From the human T2T-CHM13v2.0 reference genome, Homo sapiens: 64,000 bases of DNA. This document shows, piece by piece, positions 36,456 to 49,566 of the stretch. Each line of letters starts with the position of its first letter. The first letter of the stretch is position 1. The translations under genes were made by a program, and so were the position numbers. The stretch lies in NCBI RefSeq assembly GCF_009914755.1, contig NC_060942.1; one strand, 5' to 3'. The notes under the pieces are model-generated. The model did not search any database. It saw only the letters and a list, made by a program, of their open reading frames with translations, and was not told the origin of the DNA.

Positions 36456-38644
36456 AAAATTATAGTAAAAAACTGCAGGCTATTTGCTAGTTGTAAGGTA
36501 AGGATTAGGACAAAATTTCTTTACAATGCTTAGGATATAAAATATTTTCACAGGAATTTTACTTACCACTTTGTTAAGACAGCATTTTTCTGGACCTTTC
36601 ATAATAAAGTTCCCAGAAAGAAAATACTTGGTGTCAAAATACATAATTTTGCATTCAGGATTACAACAGCTGCCTTATTTCTATTATGATTTTGTAGAAC
36701 AGAACTTATAAACCAGTTATTATAAAGCCAATCTGAGAACTGAAGCTTCAAAAGCCAGAAATTACCTCTGTGGTTTAAAAGTCATTATCTATATTTTCCC
36801 AGTATTTCACTGTAGTTTTACACAATCTACATTTAAAAGCTGAATTATGAACCAAACAGTCATGGCTACGTTTATATTGCCTTTTTTTATTTACAAAAAT
36901 AAAATTTAAGAAATATGGCAGTTACATTCTATTTCCGAGATTAAAAGGAAAAAAAAACTTATCTACCAAAACTAATGTTTAAATCATGTAGATAACTCTG
37001 AGGGAAGAAAATAGTACTACACTGGTTTATTTCATATTTTTATATGTAATTTCCTCCATGCTTAGTGATCAGCCTATTTTTCAAATTAATTGTAGTATTT
37101 TCATGACTGTTTGACTTTGCTGGATAATATGTGTTTTTATTTTCCATAAAACTCACCTCCTGCACAAAGGGTAATAATATGTTTTATATGTGCAGATAGC
37201 TTGATGTTGTCTGGTTTGAAAAGAATTCACATTTGTATTATTATCTTCAGTGAAATTAATTGTATCTGCACTGCAGTTTGTCTTTAAAAATAGCCATTTC
37301 AAACTACCCGTTGACAGAAAACAAGATAGAGGCAGCAAAAATTTGGCATAGCTCAATTTTACCCACCACCCCCAAATTGTATTGGCATTTTAGGTTATAA
37401 AAATCAGAACGTCACTGAAAACAAAGACAGTTTTTACTGTCAAAGACAGTTTTTACTTCTTCCTTTGCAATTATTTCCCTCATGTATTTTTCTTGCTTTA
37501 TTACACTGGCTAGAACCTCAGTACAATGGTGAAAATAAGTGATGAGAATAGACAGCTATACTGTGTTCTTAATCTTTAAAAGAGACCATTCAGTCTTTCA
37601 CCATTAAGAATGTTACTAGATATAGATTTTCCATAGATACCCTTTATCAGGTTGAGTAAGTTCCCTTATATTCCTAGTTTTCCAAGAGTGTTCATCAGGA
37701 ACGGATGTTGAATTTTGTCAAATATGTTTTATTTACCTATTGAGATGATCATGTGGTCTGTTGATATCGTGAATTATGGTTGATTTTTGAATATTAAACC
37801 AATCTTACATTCCTAGGGAAAATCTCACTTGCTCATAATGTATTATCCTTGTTATATATTGCTGGATTCAATTAGCTAGATACACTTGTGTTAAGGAATT
37901 TTGTTTGCATCTATTCTCATGAAGGATAATGGTATGGAGTTTTCTCCTTCTACAATGTCTTTTTTCTAATTTTGTATCAGGGCAATGCTGTCCTCATAAA
38001 ATTAAGTAAAAATAGTTCCCAGGTATTTTATTTTCTGAGGAAATCTGTATCAATTTGTATTATTTTTTCCTAAATGTTTGGTAGAATTCACAAGCAAAGG
38101 CATCTGGGCCATAAGGTTTTTTGTAGGAATATTTTGAATAAGTAAGTTTCTTTACTAAATATGCAGTTATTCAGATTAAAATTTGTTTAAGAGTGAGCTT
38201 TAGTAGTTTGTGTATTTCAGTAATTGTTCCATCACATCTAATTTATTGATTTTATTACCATGTATTGCTAAGATTATTTCCTTGTTATATTTAAGTGTTT
38301 TGTAGGATCTGCATTGATATTTCTTCTTTCTTTCCATATGTTGGTAATTGTGTCCTTTTTTTTTCCTGACTAGCAGCTTATCAATTTTATTGATTTTTTT
38401 TTCAAAGTTTTTGGTTTCTCTGATTTTCTTATATTGTTTTGTATGTTTCCCATTTTATTAATTTTTGGAGTTTTTATTATTTCTTTCCTTCCTCTTACTT
38501 TGGTAAGTCTGCTTTTTTCTAGTTTCTTAAGGTAGAAGTTTAAATAATTGATTTTAGACCACTTTTTATGACATAGGTGTATAATGCTGTGAGTTTTCCT
38601 CTAAGAATGGCTTTATCTGCATACCACAAATTTTGATAAGTTGT

Positions 38645-40931
38645 GTTATCTCAGGTTCTCCAAAAGCAGTTTTAAAAATAAGGTTACATGTTCAAGAAAT
38701 TTATTGAGGGGCAGATATGTTTCGGAGGAAACATAAGACCTAGCAAAACTTCAGACTAAAATGCATGTGTGGCACCTGTGAAAGGAGAAAAGGAAGGAAG
38801 ATAAATTGGTTAGAAAGAACATAAAACTGCAGTAGAGTTCTGTAGCAATCTCAGCAAGGCCACTGAAGAGCCTCAGTGAAAATATTGCCTATTAGAGGAG
38901 CTTTCATTAAGCAAAATGGCCTAACTTTATATCCCCACCATATTCGGTAATAGCCAAGAAACAGCACGAAAGCAAAGCCTTCAAAATTAGTGCTGCCAGA
39001 GATTCCAAAGATGTTACCTAATCACACTCCTCAGCAAGTTTTCTCTTATGGGAGAATCTAACCAGCAAACTCCCATGGCCGCCACAGTCCATCTTTTCTA
39101 CCACAATGATCCATTTCTTCATTTATTTTCAGCAAACAACTTCTCCACAATTTCTATGGCTCTTTCCCTCTGAGAGGAAACTTAAGAAAGGGAAAGTGAG
39201 ACAAATTGCAGTCCCCATCACTCCATTTGGTCTCCAGATCACAAGAGGTTCACTGTCTTTCTCCACTATCTATTCATTCAAAGTTCCCTCACCCTTAGCT
39301 ATCACTTCTGAAGATCTTAGTAGCTTATCCACCCCAACTTCTACAGATCTTTATAGCTTACTTACCAGGGCACTCCATCTACCTAACAGTAGCTTACCCT
39401 AACCCTCACTCCTGAGGGGTCTAATTTACAAGATAACAATCAGCTTCTTAGGATGGAGTCACTGTATGTGTTTACTCACATTTACAACTGGGCAAAGAGT
39501 ACCAAAAGGGACCTAAATGGATCACCTTGGTTCCACATGTGTTTGCCCTTGTTCCCCACTGTAAAAGCAGCTTTACTCCTTCTGCTAATCAGGGTCAATT
39601 ACCCCTGTCAATATGCTGACTTCTTGACATTTGGTTTCTGGAAACAAGGAGACAAAAGTGGCAAGGCAGTGTCTGTGGCTTATAGTTCAGACATATCCAT
39701 GCTATGTCCCCTATCAAGAGGATATCCTCTTTGCAGACCAGGACCTTTAACCAAGCAGATCCTAGAGTTGTGTCTATGTAAGATACAAAGCTTTCCAAAC
39801 GGGTCATTGGAAGTGGTAAGTAAAGCTAATCTTGCTTCAATCCCTTGGTTTCTAGACCCATAAATTCTTCCTATTGGAAACACAGAGCCATAGGAGTCTC
39901 TGATGTAGTGCATGTATTGTGAAGTAAAGGATGGCACCGCATCATTGCAGAGTATTGCCTTGGAGCTTGTGCCTCATTCATGACTCCACAGACCATTTTA
40001 ATGCTCCATTGAACAAACTTATTCTGGATTGTGTTGCATGTTATATTTTTAAAATTAATCTGAATCTTACACCTCCTTCACTATGAAATGAGTCATCTAT
40101 TTACATGTTACAATATGTAGGATTCCTTACCTATGGATCAGGCATTCCTACAAGCTCCCAGTTAGTGATGCTGGCTGAGGACATTTTCCATGGTCACCAC
40201 CACTAAATTCTTAAGAATGAAGGCATCACCTCTCGTTGGAGATTATTTGTGCACCACATTGCAGCTAGAGAGTGGGTGATCCAATCGCAAAACTCAATCT
40301 TATTGCATATTTTCTCAGACCTTTACCCGTATTTGCTGTCAGTTTAGATTCCCTAAGAAGCAGATGTCATCACAGAATTCGGCACCCAAGAACTTTCTTG
40401 GGAAAAACACCTGTAAGCGATAAAAAGGAGAGGGAACAGGAACAGGTGTGGAGAACCTTCAGAATATGATGGAGAAAAGTGAAAAGAGTGAGGGAAAAAA
40501 GAAGGATTGGATGGAAAAAGCCTCAGACTGAACGAAAATTCTGAGAGTATCATAGCAAAGCTGATACTGAGTCCCAGAGTAAACATTACTCATCAAAGTA
40601 ATTAGAAGAGTTTCATATTGGGTAAGAATGATCCAGTCTATGTTCAGCAATTATTGATACACTCATGGGACTTGGGAACAAGGGGAACTGATGTAAATAC
40701 GCTGATTCTCATGCTGTTTGCTAAGCCATGGGTAATAAAGTACTGTGTCTCTAATCTAGCATTTAAGAAACTGTGTTAGGTTTCTTAAATTTAATGCAAC
40801 TTGTTAATTAACAACTTATTTAACTAACTTGTTAAGTTGAAAGCAAGGTAAAAGTCAGATTCTTCGCAGTTCTCAATAGTGTTCTCTTAAAAGCTGTTCC
40901 AAGAGGCACATTCCCATGGCTACCTACCACA
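38645..40931 (-). mobile_element. Two-LTR ERVL remnant (LTR16/HERV16-like), internally deleted
   Basis: LTR-like blocks at 38645-39086 and 40337-40931 both end ...cccatggc...ccaca. The internal minus strand encodes YGSVFPIGRIYGSRNQGIE (ERVL integrase C-terminus) and SILTGVIDPD* (ERVL dUTPase). Confidence 0.82.
40660..40878 (+). mobile_element. LTR40-like 3' fragment nested in the ERVL LTR
   Basis: ctcatgctgtttgctaagccatgggtaataaagt...ctaacttgtta...ggtaaaagtcagattcttcgcagttctc. Confidence 0.6.
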
Positions 40932-42449
40932 GTAACACTTTCAATTTCAATCACTTCAAAATATCCTTTCCCCTGTGATTTCTTCTTTGATTTATTGATT
41001 CAGAAGTATGTTGTTTAATTTCCCAATATTGGAGGATTTGATGGACATCCTTTATGTTGTTGATTTTTTTATCTAATCCCATTGTCATCAAAGAACATAT
41101 TTTGTTTTAAATCCTTTTAAATTTGTTCAGATTTGTTTTATGACCCAAACTATGGTCTATCATGTAGACCATATGGTATTCCATATGCATTTGAAATGAA
41201 TGTGTATTCTGCTGCTATTGAGTAAAGTGTTCCGTAAATATCAATTTGGTCCAGCTGTTTGAGTCGTTTAATAATTGTAGGGATTTTCTGTTTATTTAAG
41301 CTATAACTTACAAAGGAATGTTGAAGTCTTTACTTATTACTATGGAATTTTCTATTTCTTGCTCAATTCAATGTACAAGATTTTTCTGTATGAATTTTGA
41401 AGATCTGTTAGTGGGAGCATACACAGTTAAGCTTTTTATGTCTTATTGGTAAATTGAGGTCTTTATATAATATCTCTTTTTATCCCTCATTTTGATTCCT
41501 TTCTCCAAAGTCTAGTTTGTCTAATATCAATATAAATATTTCAGCTTTCCTTTGATCAATATTGTTGTGGTAAATCTTTTGTATCTTTTTACTATTAACC
41601 TATGAATCTTTATATTTAAAATGGTGCTCTTATATACAGTTTATAGTTGGGACTTGCTTTTTTTTTCAACCCCTTCCTCTCTGCCTTTTAATTAGAATTT
41701 TTATACCTTTACATGTAATGTAATATACTTATGCAATTAAAGCCTAATATCTTATGTGTTTTCTATTTGTTCTATTTGTTTTTTTTCCTTTTTCCTATGT
41801 TTTTTGCATTGAGAATTTTTAAATTCCATTTATCTCCATTAATGTCTTATGAGGCATGACTTTTTGTTGTGCTTGTGTAGTTATTGATCTAGTCTTTAAA
41901 CTATGCTTGAGAGGTAATATGATTTACCTTTGGCTACTTTTTAAAATGTTTACAATTTTTCTCTATCACTGGGTCCAAGCAGTTTGATTATTATATATCA
42001 TTGATTGCAGTGTGGTTCTCTCCAGTTTATTACCTAGAATTATCCTGATCTGTCTCTCCGTGCAGCTTCATCTTGGGGTGTTCTCGCACAGCAACCTTTG
42101 CCTCCCTAAACACCTATCTTTGTTTCCTCAGTTCAGTAAGTCTGCTGAACTCAGTTCAGGTTCCCAATTTTTAAACTGTGGTGTCAAAACTCTACCAGTA
42201 AGCCAGGGCCAAGTGATAGGCATAACCTCCTTTGTTTCCCTTTGTTAAATAATCAGTCATTTGCTTTTTCTTTTCCAATGTTTAAAAAACATTGTGTCAG
42301 CATTCCACCTATTTCTCTTGTTTCTGGGAGGGCAAATCCTATACCCATTAACTCTTTGTGGCTGGAAGCATAGATTATGCCTACTCTAATGTATTCAGTA
42401 ACACAGAAATGCACAAAATAAAAAGTAGAAATATTCATCCTCCTTATCT

Positions 42450-42900
42450 GTGCTTAGGTGCATATTTAGAATATATTACTTGAAAATTTGCTCCTATGCA
42501 AAAACAACTTTATGTGTATAGTTACCTTTTGTTTTTATAAAAATGGGACTATACCTGGTTTTCTTTTGAAATTTGTTTATTTTTCTTAACAAGAAACATG
42601 GATAAAATTCTATTTCAGTATATATAGCTCTACTGTCAAATTTTAGATGGTTGAGTCATATTTTGTTTTATCTTTCCCTCAATTTACATATCTAATTCTT
42701 TAATGAATTGCATTTTGATATTTTTCATTTTTTTCTCTATTACATATTATGGTACAGTGTACATTCTTGGCTTACTATTTACCTTTAGTCACATACACCT
42801 GAATTTTTATAAGAGAATGTTTTAGATGTGCTGCATCAAAGACTATGTAAATTTATATTTTTAATGAATATTGCCACCCTCACACCTCTTCCAAATGTAT
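42450..42900 (-). mobile_element. L1ME 3' fragment
   Basis: ttctatttcagtatatatagctctac...gtacagtgtacattcttg. Confidence 0.5.
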
Positions 42901-43528
42901 TGTCATAATACTTCATCTGAATGGAACAATGGGTTTCTAGAATTTTTAAAGCACTTTTGTTGCTGTTTATGTGCTTAGTTTAATTAAAACCAAATCAATT
43001 TAAATATTGTGATATAGCCACTAATTCTCTATCATCATATAGTCATAACCCATGTTTCAAAAATATACATGCCTAGGTTTAAATGCATCTAGGATCACTG
43101 ATTCTCAACATGACTTTAGAAAGTCACTCCATTTGTGCTATTCAAAATCACAATTCAAAATAATTGTGAGTAAAAAAAGACTCAAGCATGTGATAGAGAA
43201 ATTGATTCACATTCTTGAAAGTCTTGTTTCTATAATTGTATGTAACTGCTTTATATTTAGGTATGTGCTTCTTAATATATTCCATTCCTTTTGCAGAATG
43301 TATTATTTTACCAGAACAGCATATCTTAATATATTCCTTTCATTCTAATAGTACCTTGTACTATAAGTTCAGTTTTTATTTTATCCTAGAACACTATATA
43401 TAAATTTGATCTTTCACCCTCCATGCATAACTAATTCCTTCATTAGGCCAACTAGAGTTCAAGTCTAACCGACTGAGCTGAATAAATGCCATGCTAAATC
43501 ACTTCTTACTAGTGTCCTGGTGGTAGGC

Positions 43529-43565
43529 AGAGAGAGAGAGAGAGAAAGAGAAAGAGAGAGACAGA
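43529..43565 (+). repeat. (GA)n microsatellite
   Basis: agagagagagagagagaaagagaaagagagag. Confidence 0.9.
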
Positions 43566-43889
43566 AAGCATGCCAACTTCTCTTGGATTTTCAAGGTCTA
43601 GAAGAATGATCAAAGAAGATAAAACATGACACCAATATTTTATGAAAGCTACTGTGAATTGTTTCCTTGTCAGCTAGGGTTATCTCTGCTTCATACTCAA
43701 GGTGACAAAAGGGGGAGCATAAATAGAAACCACTACCACACAAAGAATTGATTAAGATATAGTAAATTACAAGAATAGATGAGTTTAATTCATATCCCCT
43801 TAGATATCAGAACTTCATTTCTTCATTTCAAAGGTTTTCCAAAATACCTTCAAATTTTATGGCAAAAATTTATATTTAGCCATCTGAGA

Positions 43890-44960
43890 CATTCACTCAT
43901 TCAAGAAATATTTATTAAGCAGCTATTATAGTTCAGACACTATTCTAAGCACCACTGAAACACATCACTGAACAAAACATAAAAATCTCAGGTCTCATTA
44001 AGCTTTTATTCTAATGAAGGGAGACTGACACCAAACAAAAATAAACAAGGGAATTGTATGGTATTTGTGTTAGAAAGAATTTTAAGATGTCACCTAGACC
44101 CTTGCCCTTGTGTGATCCTCTGCCCTTGAGTTGGGATAGAACCTGTGAATGTGATGAAATATATCACTCCTGTGATTATTTTACCATATCTGGGAAAATA
44201 TTTTTTAAGGTAATTAAGGTCCTAAATGAGTTAAACTTAAGACAAGGAGATTATCTGGGTGGACCTGACCTAATCACATGAACCCTTTAAATCTGGATCT
44301 TATAGTTGGAAACAGAGAATCAGGGATTCAAAGCGTGACAAAAATTCAATGTGAGGAATATTCTCTGACTCTGAAGATGGAGAAGGACCACATGGCAAGA
44401 ACCTCAAGGATCCTCTAGGAGCAAAAAACAGCCCCAGGTTGACAGCCAGAAAGAAAATGGGGATATCACTTCTGCAACTGCAAGAAACTGAATTTGCCAA
44501 CAACTCAAGCCCCAAAACAGGTTTTCCCTAGAGCCTCTAGTCAAAAATTTAGCCCTGCCAATCCCTTGATTTTAGCTCTGTGAGACACTAAGCAAAACAT
44601 TCAACCACACTATGCTGAACTTCAGAGCTTCAGAATGTATGCTAATAAATGGGTATTATTTTAACTTGCTAAATGTGTGACAAATTGCTATGCAGCAATA
44701 GAAAATGAATACAGTATTTTAGGGGCTAATCAGTGCTATGTAAGAAAGAGAAGAAAGATGACAGGGCATGCTAGGAATGGGAGTGGAATGGGTAGCAATT
44801 CAAGTCTAAAAGTAGGCAAAATTTGAGTAAAATGTAGAAAAAGGTGAAGGATATCCTTGGATGTATAGCCTTGTGGATATCTGAAAGGAGAAGTTTCCAG
44901 CATTGAGAACATCTGCAAAGGCCTTAAGGCTGGAGTATGCCAGGGGTGTCATAAATCAAT
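43890..44960 (-). mobile_element. L2 3' region, interrupted by MLT1E
   Basis: cattcactcattcaagaaatatttattaagc...; resumes after 44713 through tgcaaaggccttaaggctggag. Confidence 0.8.
44066..44713 (+). mobile_element. MLT1E-type solo LTR
   Basis: tgtgttagaaagaattttaagatg...gcagcaatagaaaatgaataca; perfect 5-bp TSD gtatt. Confidence 0.9.
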
Positions 44961-45109
44961 TAGCAGAGTCTATGAGTTAATTTGATGAAGTTCCTTTGAG
45001 GCATAGATCCTGTCTACTGTAAAGGGTTCACAGTTTAGATGGAAATGGGTAATCTCTTCTTTCCCACCTACTTTTCCCTTCTTCCACCCTGTTTTCTTTC
45101 CTTCCTTCT

Positions 45110-45960
45110 TTCCTTTCTTTCATCCTTTTTTCAATAAGTGCTTATTGTATGTCTATTTTGTGCCTGGAATTGTGCTAGACAATAGAAGTATAATGAGATG
45201 GACATAGCCATTGCTCTCGAGTTTACTCTCTGGAGACAGTAAACAGGCAATCAAGAGCAGTATGGTTGTATGTCATATAATCATATGTTGCATGACAAAG
45301 AAAATACACTATGTTATAGAAAAGCAAAGGAAGAATGGCTAGCTCAGAGTTGGTGACCTTGGGAAGGTGTCTGTGAGTGAGTGATGTCTAGGCTGAGACC
45401 TGAGAAAAGAGTGTTATCCAAGACAAGGGAGCCAGAAGGGAGAACACGTTTCCTGGCAGAGAGAAGACTAACAGACTCAAAGATCCTGAGGAGGGATAGA
45501 GCATGCTCAAAAGAAGAGCTTCAAGGAGATCAGGGTGACTGAAGCATGAAGTACAAGGTACATGGGATGAAGAGAGTGGGGAAATCTTAAAATAAGCCTG
45601 GGAACAGAATGTACAGGTCTTGTCAGCCATATTAATGAGTTTGGATTTTGCCCTAAGAGCAATAGAAAGCCATTGATGGATTTAAATGGGGGAATTTGCC
45701 TTTTAGAAAGATTGCTTAGGTTGTTTTATGGGGTATAGATGCATATGAGTCAAGACTTGGGAAAGGAGGTCTAGTTAGAAGGGAAGTCCAGCTGACAACA
45801 AGAGAAATGTAGACTGCTTTGGTAGAAATAGTGCTAATAGGGAGAAACTGATGGATTCAGTAGAGAGGTGGGGAAAAATTGGAAAAAATTATGTGGAGGG
45901 ATTGAAGATTCCAGAATTACTTCCAGGTTTCTGATTTAGCTCACTTGGTGAATGTCAATA
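45110..45960 (-). mobile_element. L2 fragment
   Basis: tcaataagtgcttattg...tgtgcctggaattgtgctag...gagtttggattttgccctaagagcaatagaaagccattg. Confidence 0.8.
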
Positions 45961-46279
45961 ACTGAATTATGTTCAATATCTATTAATTTGCTACATAATC
46001 AAGTACATTATCAAGGTAAGTGGCATTGTGTAAAAACTGTGAGAGTTGAGGGAAAAAAAGAGGATTTTGGACATGGGCAATGTTAGAGAAGGCTTCTGAA
46101 GAATATGAAAACAACTGAACACAAATGAAAATACGATTTATGGCACAATCACACAGACAGGCACAATTCCCAGTGGCTTCAAAGCATAATAATTTGGCTC
46201 GGATATAGCCTAATACAAAAAGAAGTGCAATAATAATACTCATAATTCAGCTATTTTGAGTAAACATTGCTGGTGGTAG

Positions 46280-46591
<312 letters not shown>

Positions 46592-46931
46592 TACTACTGG
46601 TATTCTTAAATTGTTATATACAGGTATACCTCAGCAATATTGTGTGGTCTACTCCAGCACTGCAATAAAGCAAGTCATGCAAATGTTTTGATTTCCCAGA
46701 GCATACAAAAGTTATAATTATATCATATTATATTGTGTGTTATAACATTATGTCTTAAAAATGTACATACCTTAATTTTAAAAGACTTCATTGCTAAAAA
46801 GATACCGACAATTATTTCAGCATTCAGCAAGTGATCATCTTTTTGCTGCTTTGGAGTCTTGCCTCCATGTTGATAGTTACTTACTGATCAAAGTGGTGAT
46901 TGCTGAAGGTTAGGTGGCTGTGGCAATTTCT

Positions 46932-47240
46932 TTGTTTTTTTTAGACATGGTCTTGCTCTGTCTCTCAGGCTGGAGTACAGTGACATGATCATATCTCACT
47001 GCAGCCTTGGGCTCCTGGGCTCAGGTGATCCTCCTGCCTCAGCCTCCCAGGTAGCTAGGACTACAGGCATGTGCCATGATGACTAGCTAATTTTTTATAT
47101 TATTTTTTGTAGAGACCAAGTCTCATTGTTTTTTCCAGGCCAGTCTCAAACTCCTGGCCTCAAGCAATCCTCATGCCTTGGCATATGTGTGTTCACTGGA
47201 GTAGCACTTTTAAGTACAGGCATGAGCCACCACACCTGGC
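46932..47240 (-). mobile_element. AluJ inside Tigger1
   Basis: cactgcagccttgggctcctgggctcagg J motif; TSD tggcaatttctt. Confidence 0.92.
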
Positions 47241-48855
47241 TGTATGGCAATTTCTTAAAATAAGACAACAATGAAGTCAGCCACATCAATTGGCTTTCCT
47301 TTTCACAAAAGATTTCTCTGTAGCATGTGATGCTGTTTGATAGCATTTTACTCACAGTAGAACTTCTTTCAAAATTCAGTCCTCTAAAACCTTGTCACTG
47401 CTTTATCAACTAAATTTATTTAATAATCTTAATCCTTTGCTGTCATTTCAATAATATTCACAGCATTTTCACTAGGAGTAGATACCATCTCAAGAAACCA
47501 CTTTCTTTGTTCATCCACAAGAAACAATAGCATGAATTAACTTCTCATCAATTAAAGTTTTATCATGAAATTTCAGTAATTCAGTCATATCATCAGGCTC
47601 CACATCCAATTCTACTTCTTTTGCTATGTGTACTACATCTGCAGTTACTTCCTCCTCTGAGGAAGTACATCAATTTACTTAGCCCAGATTTCTCAAATAA
47701 ATCCTTATATATGACAGCTAGATACTTACAAAATGTATTTCTTAAATAATAATATTTTAAAGTCAAAATTACTATCTGATCCAAGGACTACAGGATAGAT
47801 ATCGTGTTGTCAGGCATGAAAACAACATTAATCTCTTTGTACATCTCCATCAGAGCTCTTTGGTGACTAACTGCATTGTCAATGAACAGTAATATTTTGA
47901 AAGAAATCTTTTGTATTCTGAGCAGGAGATCTCAACAGTGGGCTTAAAATATTCAATAAACCATTCTATAAAGAAATGTGCTGTCATCCAGGCTTTGTTG
48001 TTTCATTTACAAAGCACAGAGTCAATTTGGCATAATTCTTAAAAGCCCTAGGACTTTCAGAATGGTAAATGAGTACTGGCTTCAACTTAGTGTCACCTGA
48101 TGCATTATCTCCTAACAAGAGAGTCAACCTGTCTTTTGAAGCTTTCAAGCCAGGAGTTGACTTCTCCTCCCTAAGTTAGTCCTACATGGCATCTTCTTTA
48201 ATAGCAGACTGTTTTGTCTATATTGAAAATCTGTTATTTAGTGAAGCCATCTTTCTCATTATCTTAGCAAGATCATCTGGATAACTTGCTGCAGCTTGTA
48301 CATCAGCACTTGCTACTTCACCTTTCATGTTCATATTACGGAGACAGCTTCTTTCCTTAAACCTCATGAACTAACCTCCAGTAGTTTCAGACTTTGCTTC
48401 TGTAACTTCCTCAACTCCCTTGGCCTTCATAGATTGGAGAAAGTTAGGGTCTTGGTCTAGATTAAGCTTTGGATTAAGAGAATGTTGTGGCTGGTTTGAT
48501 CTATCCAGAACACTAAAACTTTCTTCACAACAGCAACGAGGCTGTTTTACTTTCTTATCATATGTGTGTTCACTGGATTAGCACTTTTAATCTCCTTTGA
48601 CAAATTTTTCTTGCATTAACAACTTGGCTAACTGATGCAAGAGACCTACCTTTTGGATTATCTCGGCTTTTGACATACCTTCCCCCTAAGCTTAACCATT
48701 TCCAGCTTTTGATTTGAAGTGAGAGATGCGCAACTCTTTCTTTCACTTGAAGACTTAGAACTCATTGTAGGGTTATTACTTGGCCTAATTTCAATATTAT
48801 TGTGTCCTAGTGAGTAGAGAGGCCTGAAGAGAGGGAGAGAGATGGGGAAATGGCA

Positions 48856-49566
48856 GAATGGCTGCAATTAAAAAGACAAAAAATAACAGATGATGGCGAG
48901 GCTGCAGAGAAAAAGGAAAACTTATACACTGCTGGTGGGAATGTAAATTACTTCAGCTACTTTGGAGAACAGTTTGGAAATTTCTCCAAGAACTTAAAAC
49001 AGAACTACCATTTGGCCCAGCAATCCCATTATTGGGAATATACCCAAAGAAATATAAATTGTTCTACCATAAAGACATATGAACGCATATGTTCATTGCA
49101 GCACTATTCACAACAGCAAAGACATGGAATGAACTTAGATGCTCCATAATGGTAGACTGGATAAAGTAAATGTGATACATACACATCATGGAATACTGTG
49201 CAACTATAAAATAGAATGAGATCATGTGCTTGCTTTTGGTTTTCTGACCTCATGGATTGAGCTGCAGGGGATTATCCTAAGCGAACTAAGGCAGGAACAG
49301 AAAATCAAATATTGCATGTTCTCATTTATAAGTGGGAGATAAACATTGAGTACACATGGACACAAGAAAGGCACAATAGACACTGGGGCCTACTTGAGAG
49401 TGGAGAGTGGGAGGAGGTTGAGGATTGAAAAACTACCTATAGGGTACTACAATTTTTACCTGGGTGATGAAACAATGTATACACCAAACCCCTGCAACAT
49501 GCAATTTATTTATAGAACAAACCTCCACTTGTTTCACTGAAACTAAAATAAAGTTAAAAAAAAAAA
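48856..49566 (+). mobile_element. L1PA15/16-like 3' end inside Tigger1
   Basis: gacactggggcctacttgagagtggag...gaaaaactacctat...taaaataaagtt followed by an A-tail. Confidence 0.9.

Larger units (their letters stand above)
37385..42370 (-). mobile_element. Old L1M (ORF2 RT to EN and upstream), split by the ERVL insertion at about 38645-40931
   Basis: ttcagtctttcaccattaag...ccacaaattttgataagttgtg on the left continues as ttcaaaatatcc...tgtgatttcttctttga on the right. Confidence 0.85.
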
